A DNA stretch of 64,000 nucleotides from contig JAAILG010001079.1 of the NCBI GenBank assembly GCA_012026655.1, forward strand, positions 1 to 64,000. The letters are read 5' to 3'. Made by a program: the position numbers and the translations under genes. This DNA is from Hydrolagus affinis (taxonomy: Eukaryota). Below the pieces are notes generated by a model that was not told the DNA's origin, made no database searches, and saw nothing but the letters and a program-made list of their open reading frames with translations. Position 1 is the first letter of the stretch. Each line of letters starts with the position of its first letter. Positions 1 to 14,735 of the stretch are shown here, piece after piece.

Positions 1-1163
1 TTCTCAATATCACCGCCTCTTAATACGCGAGTTTAACCGTTTGAGTCACGGACGCACAGACACAAAGGAAAGGGTTCACCTGGAGCCTGTGACCAGGATC
101 AATAATCCAGCCTCAAATCTACAGTCAGGTTTAATATAGTTCCTCACCGCTGAGGTACAAGTTCCCGTGTGAATGCCGGCCCTTAACTTTACATTTACAG
201 TATTTTGAGTGTTTAAACTAATTTAAATTGGTCAATTAAATCAGCTGAAAATGAGCCTATTGGAATTGATGTATGCGAGTAAACTGGCTTTGAGGCACTG
301 TGTCCCTAATGAAAGCCTGTAATGAAAACAACCAGCTGTTCATCCTGCGCTTTCTTCTTTATTGATCCTTTGAGGACTGCAGCAGCATTTTGGCCCATTT
401 TTAAAAAAAATCGTAATTTGTTTTTAAGCAACACTCGCCCTCCCCCCCCCCTTCTCCGGGTTGTTAAGTTTATTTGAGTTTCTATTCGATTAACAAATTC
501 ACAGAGTAACATCAGTGGGACGCTGCAGGATGGGGAGCAGCTCTGCTGCCAGGGCAGGACAGAAAGGACATCAATCGGCTTCACCTGATACACCAACCCC
601 ACCTAGATCATTGCTGCACATACCAGCGCTGAGTGGGGAGGGAGGGCACGGCATCGCACACTCAGCTACTCTGAGCTCCATGGTTAATTGGTGCATCACA
701 CAGTCACTTTACCTCCTCCGCAGACAAACGCACAAGTCAGATGACCGTCTCTCTGCACGTGACAGGGAGACATTGTGCAATTTAGGTTTAGTTTGGACTT
801 TCACTGTTTTCAAACCAAAGGAGCAATGCATCGATTTACTCAATATATGGAACTGTGCTGTAGAGCACCCGAACCCAGCAGTCAGGTTTAACCCACACCG
901 ACTTGACAAAGTAAATGAACCAATCTAAAGTACCAGTGTGGACCCCGATGACATTACCGCTCAACCGTTTGCACTGTAACCCCGAGGTTAGTACGTTAGG
1001 CTTTGCTAATTGATCTACTTGACGTGAAATGTAAAAATTTGACCCATTTAAAACTCTAGAGGGGCCAGTTTTGCTTCTAATTGACATCATGTTTTAGCTG
1101 ACCAGCTCGAATATGAAATCGTGCGAAACGCTGTTGTACAATGCACGTAGACCAGTTTCTCCC
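1..1163. mobile_element. Putative non-autonomous DNA-transposon remnant (PIF/Harbinger-like), left end outside window
   Basis: Relatively CpG-retaining block ending in ...CCAGTTTCTCCC, similar to GGG-start Harbinger-type termini. The minus strand near 705-770 has weak RETV/SDLC-like motifs. No partner TIR is visible. Confidence 0.25.
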
Positions 1164-2452
1164 TTCCCCATAAAGATCACAGGAAAAGTAACACACAGAA
1201 GGTGTTTATACATTCATCCACCACCATGTTTACTTTTCTTAAGGCTGCTATGAATTTTTTTTAACAACTTGCTATCCGCTTTACAAGTATAACTGAAGAG
1301 GCGTCAAATTCACCAGTACCCCAAATTGCCAAGAACATTAAGTTCTGTGAATATCTGATAAACTCAAATAGCCACCTATTATTTACATGAAGCAATACAA
1401 GAGTATACCCAAGCCATAACATACACATTAACACATGAATGAAGAGGAGCTACATTAAGGGATGGGCAAATTCTCCACGATGACAGTATTCTGTCATGGA
1501 GCAAATAAAAGAGTTGAACACCCAATGGGTGGGGGGGGGGGGAGGGGGATGACCTCCAGAAAGAAAGGAAACACGAGGACAAGGACCCAGTTAAATGCTC
1601 GAAGTCATTCAGTAGGAAGGCTTGAACGTCTGAGGGTCCAAACATTGCCCATTGAGGATTTAACACGCCATGTATGCCGGCGACTCCTCTGCCAGCCAAT
1701 CCTAATGCAGGAAGCCTATAGTCCCATTGGATTAACCTGCAAAAAAAAAGTTTTTTAAAAAAAATTCTCTCCTTAATTACTAAATTGACCAACCCAGTTA
1801 CATGTTATGCAGGTATAAGTTCTGAGGGTTTAAAATAAAGTACGAAACAGCTTATTTATGACGACAAATAGTTGAGCCATTAAATCAATAGCTTTTGAGA
1901 AAGAACCTCCAGCACTTTCTAACCTAAAGAATTATCACTATTTCATTTGTTCAAGTGCTGTAAAGGTTAATATCCAAGGTATGTTATGATAGAAAAAGGC
2001 AACATTCTTTGCTGACATTTACCATTTGCTGTAGCAGATGGTCCTTCCTTAAGTGGTGCTTTTTGTGCAATAACAAAAGCCAAAAGGCCTCATTGAAACA
2101 CTGTGTCATGAAGTAATGGAATATGTAGGTCCAGGCTGGAAATACACAATGATTCGAGAAGGTTTTATGTAATTAATTGACCAGTCTTAAATAGTTACTG
2201 TGATGTAAGGAATTTGGAACTCATTAATTTGGGCCCTGACAGTTCTCATATTAGGACTGGCAAAAATGGATTGGAGCGCTCATTCTTTGTAGCAGCTAGA
2301 ATTTTACATGACAGTGAGGTTTAGTGGAAAAGGGCCCGGTGTCAGAGTTTAGCTGCCTACCCTGTAATCACCAGCACTGCTTGGTAATAAAAGGTAATGA
2401 AAAAGAGAAAAAAAATAAAAAAAACAGAATTCCTTGAATAAAAGGAAACAGG

Positions 2453-2467
2453 CCAGCAGAGGGCAGC
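2453..2467 (+). promoter_or_regulatory. CTCF core motif
   Basis: CCAGCAGAGGGCAGC matches the CCASYAGRKGGCRS core exactly and lies in non-repetitive sequence. Confidence 0.5.
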
Positions 2468-3633
2468 TGGCACTTCTTTTCTTCTAGTCTGTGGTGCTGT
2501 AAACTAGGATGTTACAATGAATAGAATTTGTAAGTAATGAAGTGTTGATCTGGCTCTGTACCCTAGTCCTGACAGGCTAATCACAGCATTACTCAAGGCA
2601 ATCAGTAAGGTCAGACTGCTTCGTGAGCCAGGCTTTTCTAATTAGAAAACAATAGAAGCTGTATTGCAATGCTAAAGCTGAGGCCATTGTATTCTTCCCT
2701 CTTTTCTGTGTTGCGATCTTCATTGTTAGAATTTCTAATATAATCAAATGCACTGAATTTCAAAATTGTAGTAATTAATTGTCCAATGCATATTTTACAC
2801 CCCGTGTGTGCGGATGGATAATATACATTCCAGATATGGATCTGCAGAGAGGTAGATAACAGTATGTACATTTCTTCAAACGCATGAATAGGTGGTGGCG
2901 GGTGAGGGGTGAGGGGATTTCGCCATTGCAATGTAAATTTGAAAAAAAATGTGATTAAAAATCATTCAAGTGCACCAGCATATCCACCAAAATACACTAA
3001 ATGTTAAATTATTGATACATTAAAAACATCCATAAGAAGGATTGAGTCGTCATGGATTTGTTCTTTATGCTTTTTTTATTTATGTAATTTGTATATTATA
3101 CTATGTAACTAAGGGCACACACACTGTTATAAGTGTTCAGCCTTCAGTATGATGGCTCAATACTAGGAAGCATTGACTGTGAAAAGCTGCAGCATGAACC
3201 ATACTAGCATATTTGAATACTTTCCTATCACTAAGTTGAACTTATACATTTCTGTCAGTTTCATGTCAACCTTTGGCTCTATGCACAGGAAGGAATTTGG
3301 TGCAGATTGGAAAAGGTTTCCTTGTACACCCTTGAGGTCAAATTGGCCACGATCAGTGTATTACACAGGAAGTCAGAGAAATGGTTTGGCCCACAGACCA
3401 TGTCACAATCATAAAACACACCAAAATGTAGCATCTATATCATGGTTTCTAAAACTATTATTCAGAACACTTTTTGCCTGACGTTTCCTCTATTTAAAAT
3501 ATTAGTGTAAGCATTACATCACACTGCAGACTACACAGGAAGTCTTGTATTTAAAGACTTTGCCAAGAAGCAAACAATTATTATAATGAAATATTCTAGC
3601 CAAAACTTCAAGATATTTTTGCACTTACCAGAC

Positions 3634-3790
3634 AATAAATAATAATAATCCTTGTATTTGGTATAGCACCATTCACATAAGAGGATATCTCAAAGAGCTT
3701 CATAGGATTTATTGTAAAGTGGAGAGACTGTAATTTTTTAGGGAAATGTATAGCCAATTTACACACATAAATGTCCCAATGTTTCAAACC
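3634..3790 (-). mobile_element. SINE 3' fragment
   Basis: (AAT)n tail plus CCTTGTATTTGGTATAGCACC..GGATATCTCAAAGAGCTTCA, homologous to SINE tails elsewhere in the window. Confidence 0.7.
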
Positions 3791-4079
3791 CAACTCCTAA
3801 CAGGATCCAATCAGCCCTGAGTCAGCCGTGCTGTAGATTAATTTCATTAAAATGATCAGATGGTCTGGTATGAGCTTAAAATCGCAGTATTTGTGATCAA
3901 ATTATAAAATTCACCAGACAAGTGTGGACCATATTAATATCTGAAATGCACGGAAATGAGTAGCAAACTATCCCTGGATATTTTGGGATCTTTAAATGGA
4001 AGAATAGAGGATCTTGGAAAGTTAGGCTATTAAGTGATATGGAGAAGAGGCAGGACGTATCAGGGAGTAAATGAACCAT

Positions 4080-4410
4080 ATGCTAGCCACCAAGCCACAT
4101 AGACCATGAAAGTCCTAGGTTTGATCCCTTGCCTTGACTGATTCATTTGATCTCAGCTGGGGTAACAGTGGATGCCCTTGGGTGGACTCAGAGCTCTGGG
4201 TTAAGGAGGGGAAAATGTATTCAGTCAGGATCTAATGCCCTCTTTCTGGAAGTATAAATATGGTGACATTAGATGAGGGTTGAACTCAGTTATGGTGTTT
4301 GTGCCACATTGTCACACAGGGAAAAGTAATATATTGCCTCATGTACAGGAGGTATGTCACACTGGTGCATCTGAACCTCACACACAAGTCAACGGCCTCA
4401 GGAGAGGAAA
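4080..4410 (+). mobile_element. Ancient tRNA-derived SINE (AmnSINE2-like by recollection)
   Basis: B-box-like GTCCTAGGTTTGATCCC followed by GATCTCAGCTGGGG..GGGTTAAGGAGGGGAAAA..CAGGAGAGG. The family name is from memory and unverified. Confidence 0.45.
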
Positions 4411-5677
4411 AGTATTAAGAAAGTCTGAGAATTTTTGGGGGAAATTTAAACTTGCAAATTTATATTTATAAAATATATTTATAAAATGTGCACATTGCAA
4501 AATCAGTGACTGTTGACAACAATTACTTGTAAAGCACTTTGAGATATTTCAGTATGACAAGGTTTTACAAAATAGTGAGTTCTTCTTTGCTGAGTTCTGG
4601 AGCTCTAACACAATATTTCATTTGCCTGAAGTTCCTTATCTAAAGATCTGATGCATGGAGTTGTGAACTGGGGCTCTGACAGACAGCTTTTTAGGCAAAG
4701 AGAAAACCCATTACTGAGCACATTACTGTCAATAATGGCACATCTCCAACATGAGCTAATGACGATTATAAATTAAACTTTATTTAGACAGCTTTTGGAA
4801 GAAACAAATATTTATTTCTATTTAAGATGTGAATGATTGCATGCTGCTCGATGAGAGAAGTGACTGAGAGCTGGAGTTTGTCTCCTATGGTTCCTGAGTC
4901 TTAGCACATTAGTTCCTGCTGCACATAGGCTACAGTTGCAAGGAGGGAATCCAGCATTGTTGTTAAATTGATGGTGATTAGACAGATAAACTGTGATCTA
5001 TTAATTAACACTTTACTGTTTATGTGAAGAGATAGTATTGAATGCCATTTTCTAAAATGTGTATATGCCTTAACATTGAAAAATGTACTTTTGTTTAATA
5101 TCACACATTCACAATTTCTCTGTTTTTCTACAACTGAATCATAGAAATTAACAGCATGGAGGAAGCTATTCAGCAAATCAAACTGTAATGGTACTAATTC
5201 CTCCATTGGATTTATCTACTACAGTATAATCCTAATTCCCTGTTGGTTCCCTGCACTATGTTATATATTTTTATTTCTAACGTTTTTCTAATTTCCTTTT
5301 AACTGCAGCTAAGGATTTAGCATTATTGCAATAACATTTCAATGAGTTAAGTTAAAGTATGTTTGCATTACAAAAGCGCCTGTTGCACAATAAAAAGAAT
5401 AAAACATTTCCACATCCCAAATACGTGGAGATTTCTTGATCTTTGCACAATCACCAACAAGGGTCACTCCTTACGAATAGGAATATTTTCTTTCACTTTT
5501 CTGAGGTGAAACACCTAGATTTCAATAGACTCTTATCATGTTGAAATATCTCAATGCGTAACTTAATGTCAAGTTACCAATTGTCTCAGCAGGAAAATAT
5601 GGAACACGCGAGCACCAAGAAGTTCTCAAAAACATCCATGAGGCAAATGGTCAAATAATGTGGAAGATTGTCAGTCA

Positions 5678-5925
5678 GGAAGGACACTGGAAAAAACTAT
5701 TTTTTCTTTTCAATTAGTGTCATGGGACCTGAAATGTCATCTGAACAAACAGATAGGACATCAGTGTAATGACTCATCTGAAAGCTAGAACCTGACAATG
5801 CAGCATTCCCTCAGTACTGTGGGATCCTATCTTCCTTGGTGTCTTGGGTTGAATGTCAGAGGAAAATAGAATTTGAACCTAACTCTCAAGAGCAAAAAGT
5901 AAGCATTTGAGTGTTACTAATCTGC
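5678..5925 (-). mobile_element. Deu-domain SINE relic
   Basis: Reverse complement of Deu-domain motifs (GGACAC.GG..TAGTGTCATGGGA..CTCATCTGAAAG..GACAATGCAGCA.TCCCTCAGTACTG). Confidence 0.65.
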
Positions 5926-6039
5926 CACTAATAGAGGGCAGGAAGGATTATAAAAGAGGCTAAGGATGTTTGATCTCATCATTCCAGAATACTGAACCTT
6001 CTGTTTTTCTATGACTGCAAACATGTTTCCTAAATGAGT

Positions 6040-6390
6040 TCATTGTTCTGACCTCAACCACCCTTCCTCGTAAACCCATCGCAACTGATTACTTTCTACG
6101 TAAAGAAATAGTTCTTTTTTTGGGAAAATTGACCTTCACATCCCTGAACCTCTCCCCTCTTGTCCTCTTCCTTGGTGTATCTGAAAGGATACATCATGTT
6201 ATACTTAGTTACTTCATTTATTATATTAGAGACATAGGAGTAGGCTGTTCAGCCCCTCAAGCCCATTTCAGCCATTTTATAAGATCATGGCTGATCAGTC
6301 ACTCAACAAGAACAACACAATTACATTTGTATAGCTCAAGTCCAGTTATTTGCCCTTGCTCCATATCCCTTAGTGCCCTGACCTAACAAA
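6040..6390 (-). mobile_element. CR1 LINE 3' relics, interrupted by a short L2 tail
   Basis: GACATAGGAGTAGGC..CAGCCCCTCAAGCC..AAGATCATGGCTGATC is the reverse of the CR1 3' end seen at 31130-31262. An (AAC)n L2-type tail sits at about 6308-6338. Confidence 0.6.
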
Positions 6391-8074
6391 TGTCAATATT
6401 GCAGGCAACCTATCACATTACACCTCACACCAACTGGTTAGCTGTCTACCCAGATTCTTCACCATCAACCAGTTTAAACGAAATGTTAAAAGTTCAACAT
6501 TTTTCAAAGTGTAATACAGATTTTGGTAATCCTGTACTGTGTCACTGACTGTGCAGTTAGTCTGGAACTCTGTCAGGCCATCTAATCAATGGATTCTGGG
6601 GGTGGGGAAACCCTTAAAAGATCTTCTTTGGCAATGCCACAATAAGATGAGAACCATATTTGAGGGGAGGACGGAAGCAAATGAGTCTCTAGCTAGCTGT
6701 ACATGAGAGTGGATGAGTTTGCAGTTATAAAGGCTGCAAAGAGATATGCCACATTCTTTCTTAGGGAAAGGATCAAAGGTAGAGGCTGCAGGGCCAGAGC
6801 AAACAAAGGAAGCCTGAGTATTATTCATATTATGGGCACAGGGCTGGTGTGCAGAGGTGCTAAATTTAGTGCTGTACTTGTTAGTGCATAAGTTGGAGCG
6901 AACTGGGAGCAAGAGTGGAAGGTAAGTGAGGATGCAGCTACTGACAGTGATGCCAGGTGTCTGCTTCCATCAGTCACCGTTAAGAGGTGTTGTTTGAAGC
7001 TAGGCCTCAGAAGGCTGCAGACCGCCCCCCTCCACCACCCACCCAACCAACAATAAATTGTGATACTGTATGTGAATCAAGTATCTCTATATGCATTCAT
7101 TATCTGTCCAGCAACAGTAGCCCCTGCCCCGACTATAGTTATAATACTGTCTTAATACTCATGTATCTCTATGTGGTTTGTCAACTATAAACATAGAAGT
7201 AGCTGCTTCACAATGATCACATTATCAATCAGTGCAGTAGAGCTGTTTCCTCATAGGGTTGTTTAACAGTAACTGAAACAACATGGCTGCTCCTCTGCTT
7301 GCTTTCCCATGTTTTATGGTTGTGTGACTATACTTGTGACCTGAAAGAGGAATTAAACCTTTAAAGGGAGGGTCTACTTCCATATGGTGGACAACCACAA
7401 AGTGGATAATACAACTTCCATCAATCACATGTGAAACCAGTAGTAAATGGGCTCCAGACAGTTCTGCAAATGTAATACTTGATCATCAGGTTGCTCATGG
7501 AACTGGGTTCCGAATAAATTGAAAGAGAAACCACTCCTTTTACAAGATCAATTTCTCTGTATTGCTTTTGGTTTCAACAATTATTCTTTAATCTACCTGA
7601 CCTCAGAGTCAGAAATTTACTAAATGAATAACAAATGTACCTCCCTGACTAGCTCTCTCTGCTGGATCATTATGGTCATTGCACTAGTATTATTAAATGA
7701 ATATTGAAATACTTTACTGTAATTTAATTTATAAGACCACATGAGCAATATAAATGGAGCATGCAATTGTTATTCCCACCCGAAATAATTCTCCCCAAAT
7801 AATTCTCTCATTAAAATAAAACCACTTGTTATTACCAAACACAGCGTGTTAGATCTTTATCATGTATTTCACACTGATAATTGAATACTTTGTGAACTTT
7901 TTAAAATAATCACTTGTTCCTATTACTTTATTACTTTAATTGCTGTAACTGGAAAACATATGTCTGTCTGAGTAACTGCATACTGACTGAATTATACAAG
8001 GAGCTATGAGGCAAACACAGCTACATTGCTTAACGACTGCTCACTGTTTGTGGTTTTTTGTGGGACATTAATAG

Positions 8075-8200
8075 CCAGAAATTAGTAGCCAGGTTAACTT
8101 ACAAATGCAGAGTAACTACATGTTACAATAGATCCTGTGAAGTCCATAGAGATGTCTTGGAGATGTGTAAGGTGCAATATTAAATGCAAAGATTATTACT
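8075..8200 (+). mobile_element. SINE 3' fragment
   Basis: TTTGTGGGACAT..CTGTGAAG..GAGATGT..AAATGCAAAGATTATTA. Confidence 0.55.
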
Positions 8201-11200
8201 ATCTTCATTAACACAGGAGAGTGTGCTTCACTTCAGACACAAGCAAATTTCCATGCATATATGAAATTCTGTTATGGATACTTTTAAGCATAGTAATGGA
8301 TTTCTGTAATTGTTAGGCAACCAGCTGACTAAAAATAAATGTTCATTAACACAAGGAATGGATTAAGGAATACTTGCAAATGTATTTCTAATTCCTTAAT
8401 TAATGTCATCCTTAGATCCCTCGGTCAATTGGCAGCTTTCCAGTAAGGATTACCCTAAATTGAGACTCCAGATTTGGATTTACAAACTACCACCCTGACC
8501 TGCAGCATAAAACTGAGCATTTAACAAACAGTTTCTTGGGTTTTCTTCAATGGCAAACAGGTAGCTGACTCGGAGACACCGATGTTGAGGAAGCAGAGCA
8601 TCGGTGAGCTGCACGCTCAGTAAGGGTAAATCTTAAGGATGGCATTATCCGATGAATTGGTATAAAATTTGCAGGTATTCTTCAAGGCATTTCTTGTATT
8701 ATCAGGAAGAATGCTTTAAAAGAATCTTGCAAATTTTCCCCTTTGTTTATTGCAAAGAGGCCATATTTACGATCATGGACAAACTAATCTCACAAGTATC
8801 ATAGAGACCAACTGAATTGCTTCAGAGCACATCACTGATATTTCTAGGGGTGTAAATATGTTTCTTGTTTTCCCTGCTAATTATCACTTGTTGATAAATA
8901 CAGTCAACGTGGACTGCCTATCCCCTCCCTTAATTCCATCTTAATGGGCAGCTATTGGATTGTTATTTTGTGGAATACTGTACTGATTTGACTCTAATAC
9001 TTTTTACAGAGTTAAGCCAGTAATCTGTAAATCAGCATTCCCCTATAGCATTTCTGACTATATATCTGTACCTTCTGATCTCATTGTCTCTCATTTTCTG
9101 TTGAAACCATTGATTGTTTTTTCCATCTGCCCCCGGTATATTTAATTAATTTGCGTCTCTATATCTGTCACAATCTGCCTCGCTCTCTTTCGCTGACGAT
9201 TTGCCTCCATCTCTGGTTTTTGCTCTTTCTGTCTTGCTCTTTGTCTCTCTAAGCTGCTTACCATGCAGTTTTGACAGCTGTTGACAGAAACATTGCAACC
9301 TTACGGTTATAACCACTTCTGCCAATTCTTTTCAACATTACAAAGAAAAGACTGTTGTCAGTGTCGTCTGCCTGACACCCTATATTTTACAATGGAGAAA
9401 GACCATTTTAATAAGACCTCTGAGGGGCCAACTGCCACTTCCTTGGAAAGGCTTTCCTGTAAGGAAGTGCACTAAAGCTCCCGAGAGGAAACTGTGGAAT
9501 ACACTCCCACAGAGAGAAGTCTGTGTCATCTGATTTTATTGTCTAGATGTCAATAAAATACAGTATCACTTCTGACAGGGTGCACTGTGGTGTTTCATGA
9601 AGTACTGGTTTAAAGTCATCTTCTATATAGAATATCTTCATTTAAAGGTTGCAGTTAACATAGCCACTATATCAGTGTTATGAATATGCGACTGACATAT
9701 CATTAAAGTGCATTGAAATCTGTCCCTTTGTATTGAAGTGAAATTAATGTTTTCTCTCTCTATATATCTATTTCTAAAACATAAAATGGAAGAAAAATAT
9801 TACCTATAGCCCTGGGGGATCGTTTGAAAAATACAACAATGTTTACGTCTTTTGCTTTTCTAGAAGTGTAGTTTATTTCAAAAACAATGTCTAGTGTAGA
9901 TCATTTTCATTCTGCTTGCAATTAGAATAAAAAGCGCTGGCTGATTGAGAATGGATGGGGAACACATTTCTGTGAGATGCGAAACAAATGCGAGGATCCA
10001 ACAAAAGTACAAGGGAGAAAATGAAGCCAAGAAATCCCAGTGCTAATTAGCATTGGAAATGAGAGTCACAGATTGTCTTTTTAAGTAGCTAGAGAAGGGA
10101 GTCCAAGGGATGCAGCATTGAATCTGGCCTATTATACAACACATGTTGTGCAGAGAGTCTCTAGAATGGCCTACCCGATGTCTGTCTGCTACCATGGGAT
10201 CCCAACTAATCCACACATAAATTATTAACGTAACATGTGTAGGTCACAAAGCCAGTTACCATGTTAATCACGTCTGAGCATTTTTCCCCAGCAAGGGAGA
10301 TGGTTTATTACTACTGTACTGGGTGTTTCTCCACTGTGGCAGAGGGTGATGTGAACAGGCCACAGCAGTAGCTTTATTAAGTTAATCATTTCATTTCAAA
10401 TCCTCAACATCCTCTCAGTCATCGATTCTCTCATTTTTATGGCAATAACAACATGCTAAAAGTAGATTTAATGAGTTAGAAAATGCACTATTGACTGTAT
10501 TTAGGCTGTGGTTTTCCTTGGTGCAATGAATGATTTACGTTGGTAGAATTAGCTTTCCCATTTGTTTCATTAAATATACAGTTCTTCTTTTTATTTAACA
10601 AAGAAACAATCTGACTCCATTTAAACAAAGATGCAGCTGATAGAACAAGCGGCATCTAATATTTTCTGTTGGTAAATATATGTTGACAGTGACAAATAAG
10701 ACAAGGGTAAAACCAGCTGTAAAATAATGCAGAATGAAATACAACACATATTCAATTTATGCCAGTAATTCCCCACCAACGCTTCCAGTGCACCCAAAGA
10801 GTAGTACAGTACAGTATTGCTTTTCAAAATCAAAACTGATGAATTCCTGCAGCAAGTGAGGGGTGTCAGTACTCGAAATGTACATAATCCTACATTCGTT
10901 ATTAGTTTTAGCCAAGAAAACTCCTAATCTCTTACCCAAAATGTGCCTGATCTCAACCTCAGGAAAGCTTCCTTACTGCATCCCTAAAAGTGTGAGTTTT
11001 TGCACTTTGTATTCCACTTTGATGGACTCTAAGATTGCAGAGAGGGAGAGAATATGTCTAAGTTGCAACATTGCATAGGAACACCTTTAAAACATATATG
11101 CTTTAAATTTTTTAGCAGCAATGAAACAAAAAACTCTTAAAAATGCAGCTCTTTTACCATACCCTTTGGTCAGCACTCTCAAACAATATACTATACCCTC

Positions 11201-13869
11201 ACCATCAAAGCTATGAAGTGCTGTGAAGTGTTCTACGAGAAGGGCAATGTGTTTGTTCAAGTTGTTGTTGATGACTCAATAAGTAAAAAAAAACGCACAT
11301 TTGAAAGATCAAATGTGACAATCACATCTTTCTCTGCAGTTTTCAATTTTGGTTCTATTTTTTAACCCGGTCAGATCCCTGGAGGATGTGCTATACCGGG
11401 AGACAAGTCCGCCTTTTCTGGCACTTTGATTTTTGAGAGACTTTACAGTAGTGTGCTCTTCATTAACTTGGCCATTAATCTTAATCTGTAAATTGTCGGG
11501 AAGTCATAAATATCCTGTATATCGAACCAGGCTAGCAAACCTCTGACAAAAGGTAGATTCGCAAAGTTGTCTGGTTGCAAATGTCTCCTAGGCTCTCCAT
11601 TTATAAATTCCTCACTCTATACCTTTGGCATTAACATTGATGGTGATTTGAGCCAAGGACATTGACATGCCACGCTCCTTAGGTTGTATATTGTGTACAT
11701 TTGTGTTGTCCAAGTACAATTTTCTGATCTACTACAACATTGAATGACTGCAATGGAGAAGGAGATGAGTAGAGACACAGATGCTAAACCAGGTTTCATA
11801 TCCAGGTACAGTATTTAGAAAGTCACCCATCAAATGCATAATGACATGATGACAAAAGATATTCCTTTTTTTATCCAGGAATAAAATCAGCCAGTTCCTA
11901 GTGAGACTCATTCCTCCTTTCCCTCATATTCTTTCTACTTCTACACAAATTTCTACTAAAGCTTCATCTCCAACTGGCAGAATCCCTGTTGAATTGATTA
12001 AGGAATCACAATAAAGTTGGCAATTAGAAAATCCTGGATGTGTTACGGCTGATTAGACAACAAAAACAACTTGCGGTTAAAAAGCACACCTCACACAAGG
12101 TAGAACCCCAGAGCTATCCTGAGTTGAGGTTAATACAACAGCTAAAATAAAACAAATGTTGATTACATTCCGATTTTGATGAATTCTGTATCGGAACGGA
12201 ATTCCAGACATCTGTCCTGGCTGTGGCCTGGAGGATTGTGAGGATGCATTTCATTTGTTGCTCACCAGATCACTGAGGAGCAATTTCTAGTAATAACTGT
12301 CTGATGACATACTTGTGACTACCTGTTTGGGAGTGAAGTAAGCAAATTGGTCTCTGTTTGATGAAGCTGGCTCTGTGTTGACATGCCTAGTGAAGGGAGA
12401 ATGGAGCTGAATCAGCTGTCTATCGTGGGCTTAGTGACACAATACATAAACCAAGCAGGTCCAGACAGAATACTCTTGGGTACTATTAATGTTTGACCAG
12501 CCTGCCTCTCTCATCAAGAGGACTTGAAGAGGTAGGCGTGTCAATGGGAGGCAGAATTTTTTCCATTTAGCTCCTGATAACCATACAAGCTAAAACCCCA
12601 ACTCCCAGGTGGAGAAGCAATTGGACTTTTACTTGTACCCCATCCTGATAAGCTGTCTGACCTGAAAGGCGCTATACAAGTGTAATTTTATTGTTGTTGT
12701 TTGTTTCTTCCCAATGCACACTCAGGAGTTAACAAACAGAGGCCTGACATTCCTTATGGTTGTAACTGGTTGGAAGCTGTTTTTCTGCGGTTATAAAAAT
12801 GAACCACAGACACCAGTATTAAAATTAAGAATGTATAAAAAAAAAGTTAAAAATTCAGTGTGATCATAACTTTAACATAGAGGTCTTTGTGGGTTCTACT
12901 CTTGGTGCTCAAAGAGGTTATTCCATGTGTCAGACACTCAGCTGATATTAAAAAAAACTTACTCTCTGACCTCTTCATTCTCCCAACTCCATTCGAATAA
13001 TCTGTAGATATTTAGTCAATTGATCAGCACGCTGCACTATAACATCATCATAAATTTATATTGCTCCTCTATTCTTTATATTGACTATTGGAAATGATTA
13101 AGATCCACTTTGTCCTTAGTAGCAGTTAGGTTTTACTGACGCTAAAAGAGGTTTTCAAACAAAATTTTTACTTAATAGCCAAGTTACTTGAAACTTACAA
13201 ATTTGTAGGACATAGACAGTTAGGGGCAATTTAGCCTTTTGAACCTCAGTATAAAACAGCCACTATATTATGAGACAGAAGATGCTGAAATGCTTGCAAA
13301 CCCTTATTTGTGCCACTGGGCTCCAATGTATTAACAAGCTATGGCATGAAAAATGTTTTATAGAACAACACCATCTAATAATGTCCGTTCAATTTAATCA
13401 GGCTCTCCCAGATTCAATAGTGCACTCAGAGCGTTTACTGCAACTCCCTCTGAGAAAGCTCCTGCCAATTATTGAGCTTCTAGTACTTCAAGTGTGAGGC
13501 AGAATTAGATTATTTTATATTAAAATCAGACAATTGTTAGGAAAATGAAACAAAGGTTAAGGAATTAGAAGTTGTTTATTGTGACCACCAATATGTTTGA
13601 TGAATGGGCTTCTCAGACACCAGTGTCAGGTCATTGCTGAGGACAGCCAGTTTGAATGTTAGACCTTTGACTATGTCAGCCTTCACAGAAGCAAAATCTG
13701 TATTAACATAATGAATTGGTGATGATAAAGTAGATTTGAACACGTGATTTTTTTCAATTAATGCTTCCATTCGCAGATATTTTTCTGTAAGAAAATGTCT
13801 TTCCATTTGCAGCTGACTATATTCCAGCCTTTTAAATAGATAGTCATCATAAATAATCATCTTTATATC

Positions 13870-14150
13870 TAATATAATGCCTTTAATGTTAGGAGGATAT
13901 CTCAAAGCGCTTCACATGATACATTGTAAAGTGGGGTGACTGTGTACTTTCTAGGCAATCATGGCGGACAATTTTTGCAAGGCAATATCTGACAAACAAC
14001 CGTAAAGTGAATCACCATTTTTTGTGTGGGGCAGTGGGGGGTGGGAAGTGGGGGTGGGGGTGTTGTTGGATAGGAGAAACTTCTCTCTCTTCTTGAATAT
14101 TGCATGGGATCTTTAACATCTACCTGAACAGACAGACAGTATGTCTATCA
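13870..14150 (-). mobile_element. Deu-domain SINE relic
   Basis: GGATATCTCAAAGCGCTTCAC tail and CATGGGATCTTTAACATCTACCTGAACAGACAG Deu motif. Confidence 0.65.
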
Positions 14151-14451
14151 TGTCTGAATCACGACAGTGAATGTTGGCAGACAATTCAGATGTGGACGGC
14201 GACACATTTTACCTACTACGACCTGCACATAGGTACATTACAGCAGGGTTACTGAATGATAATTAGATTATGGCTGATTGTTCTGGTGACATTTGAGGCT
14301 AATTGTAGTATTTCTCTACCTCAGCAAAGATTGAACCTGGATCCTTTCTATGTAGGTGACTTTGTTCTCTAACCCACAGTGCATTTACTCACCAGTGAAC
14401 CACAAGCTATTTACAAACTGCCTTTTTAAGCACTAATATTAAAATGTATCA

Positions 14452-14735
14452 CATAATAATAGTAATAATCTTTGCATTTGATATCATGCCTTTCACATCC
14501 GTGTGATATTCTTTGTAAATATATACTGTATTCAAAAACAATATAGTTCACAAAGCGCTTCACGTGATATACATGATATATATGGGACGTCCTCCTGATG
14601 TAAAAGGCACTATACAAATGTAATTTTATTGTTGTTGTATTCTGTAAATTTGTGTGAATGTGTTTCGTGGGTGTACTTAACAGCCAATAAATGTACAGCA
14701 ATGTCCCACAAACAGCCATACAGTGAATGACCATT
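14452..14735 (-). mobile_element. SINE 3' part with an oppositely oriented L2 tail (about 14584-14638) inserted
   Basis: Minus-strand SINE tail, then GGGACGTCCTCCTGATGTAAAAGGCACTATACAAATGTAATTTTATTGTTGTTG (+), then SINE resumes (CAGCCAAT..AATGTCCCACAAACAGCC). Confidence 0.65.

Noticed and set aside
10837-10878. CTGATGA...GAAA as another hammerhead
   Set aside because: The intervening sequence does not form helix II and no helix I is evident. It looks like a CR1 ORF2 end (FKIKTDEFL).
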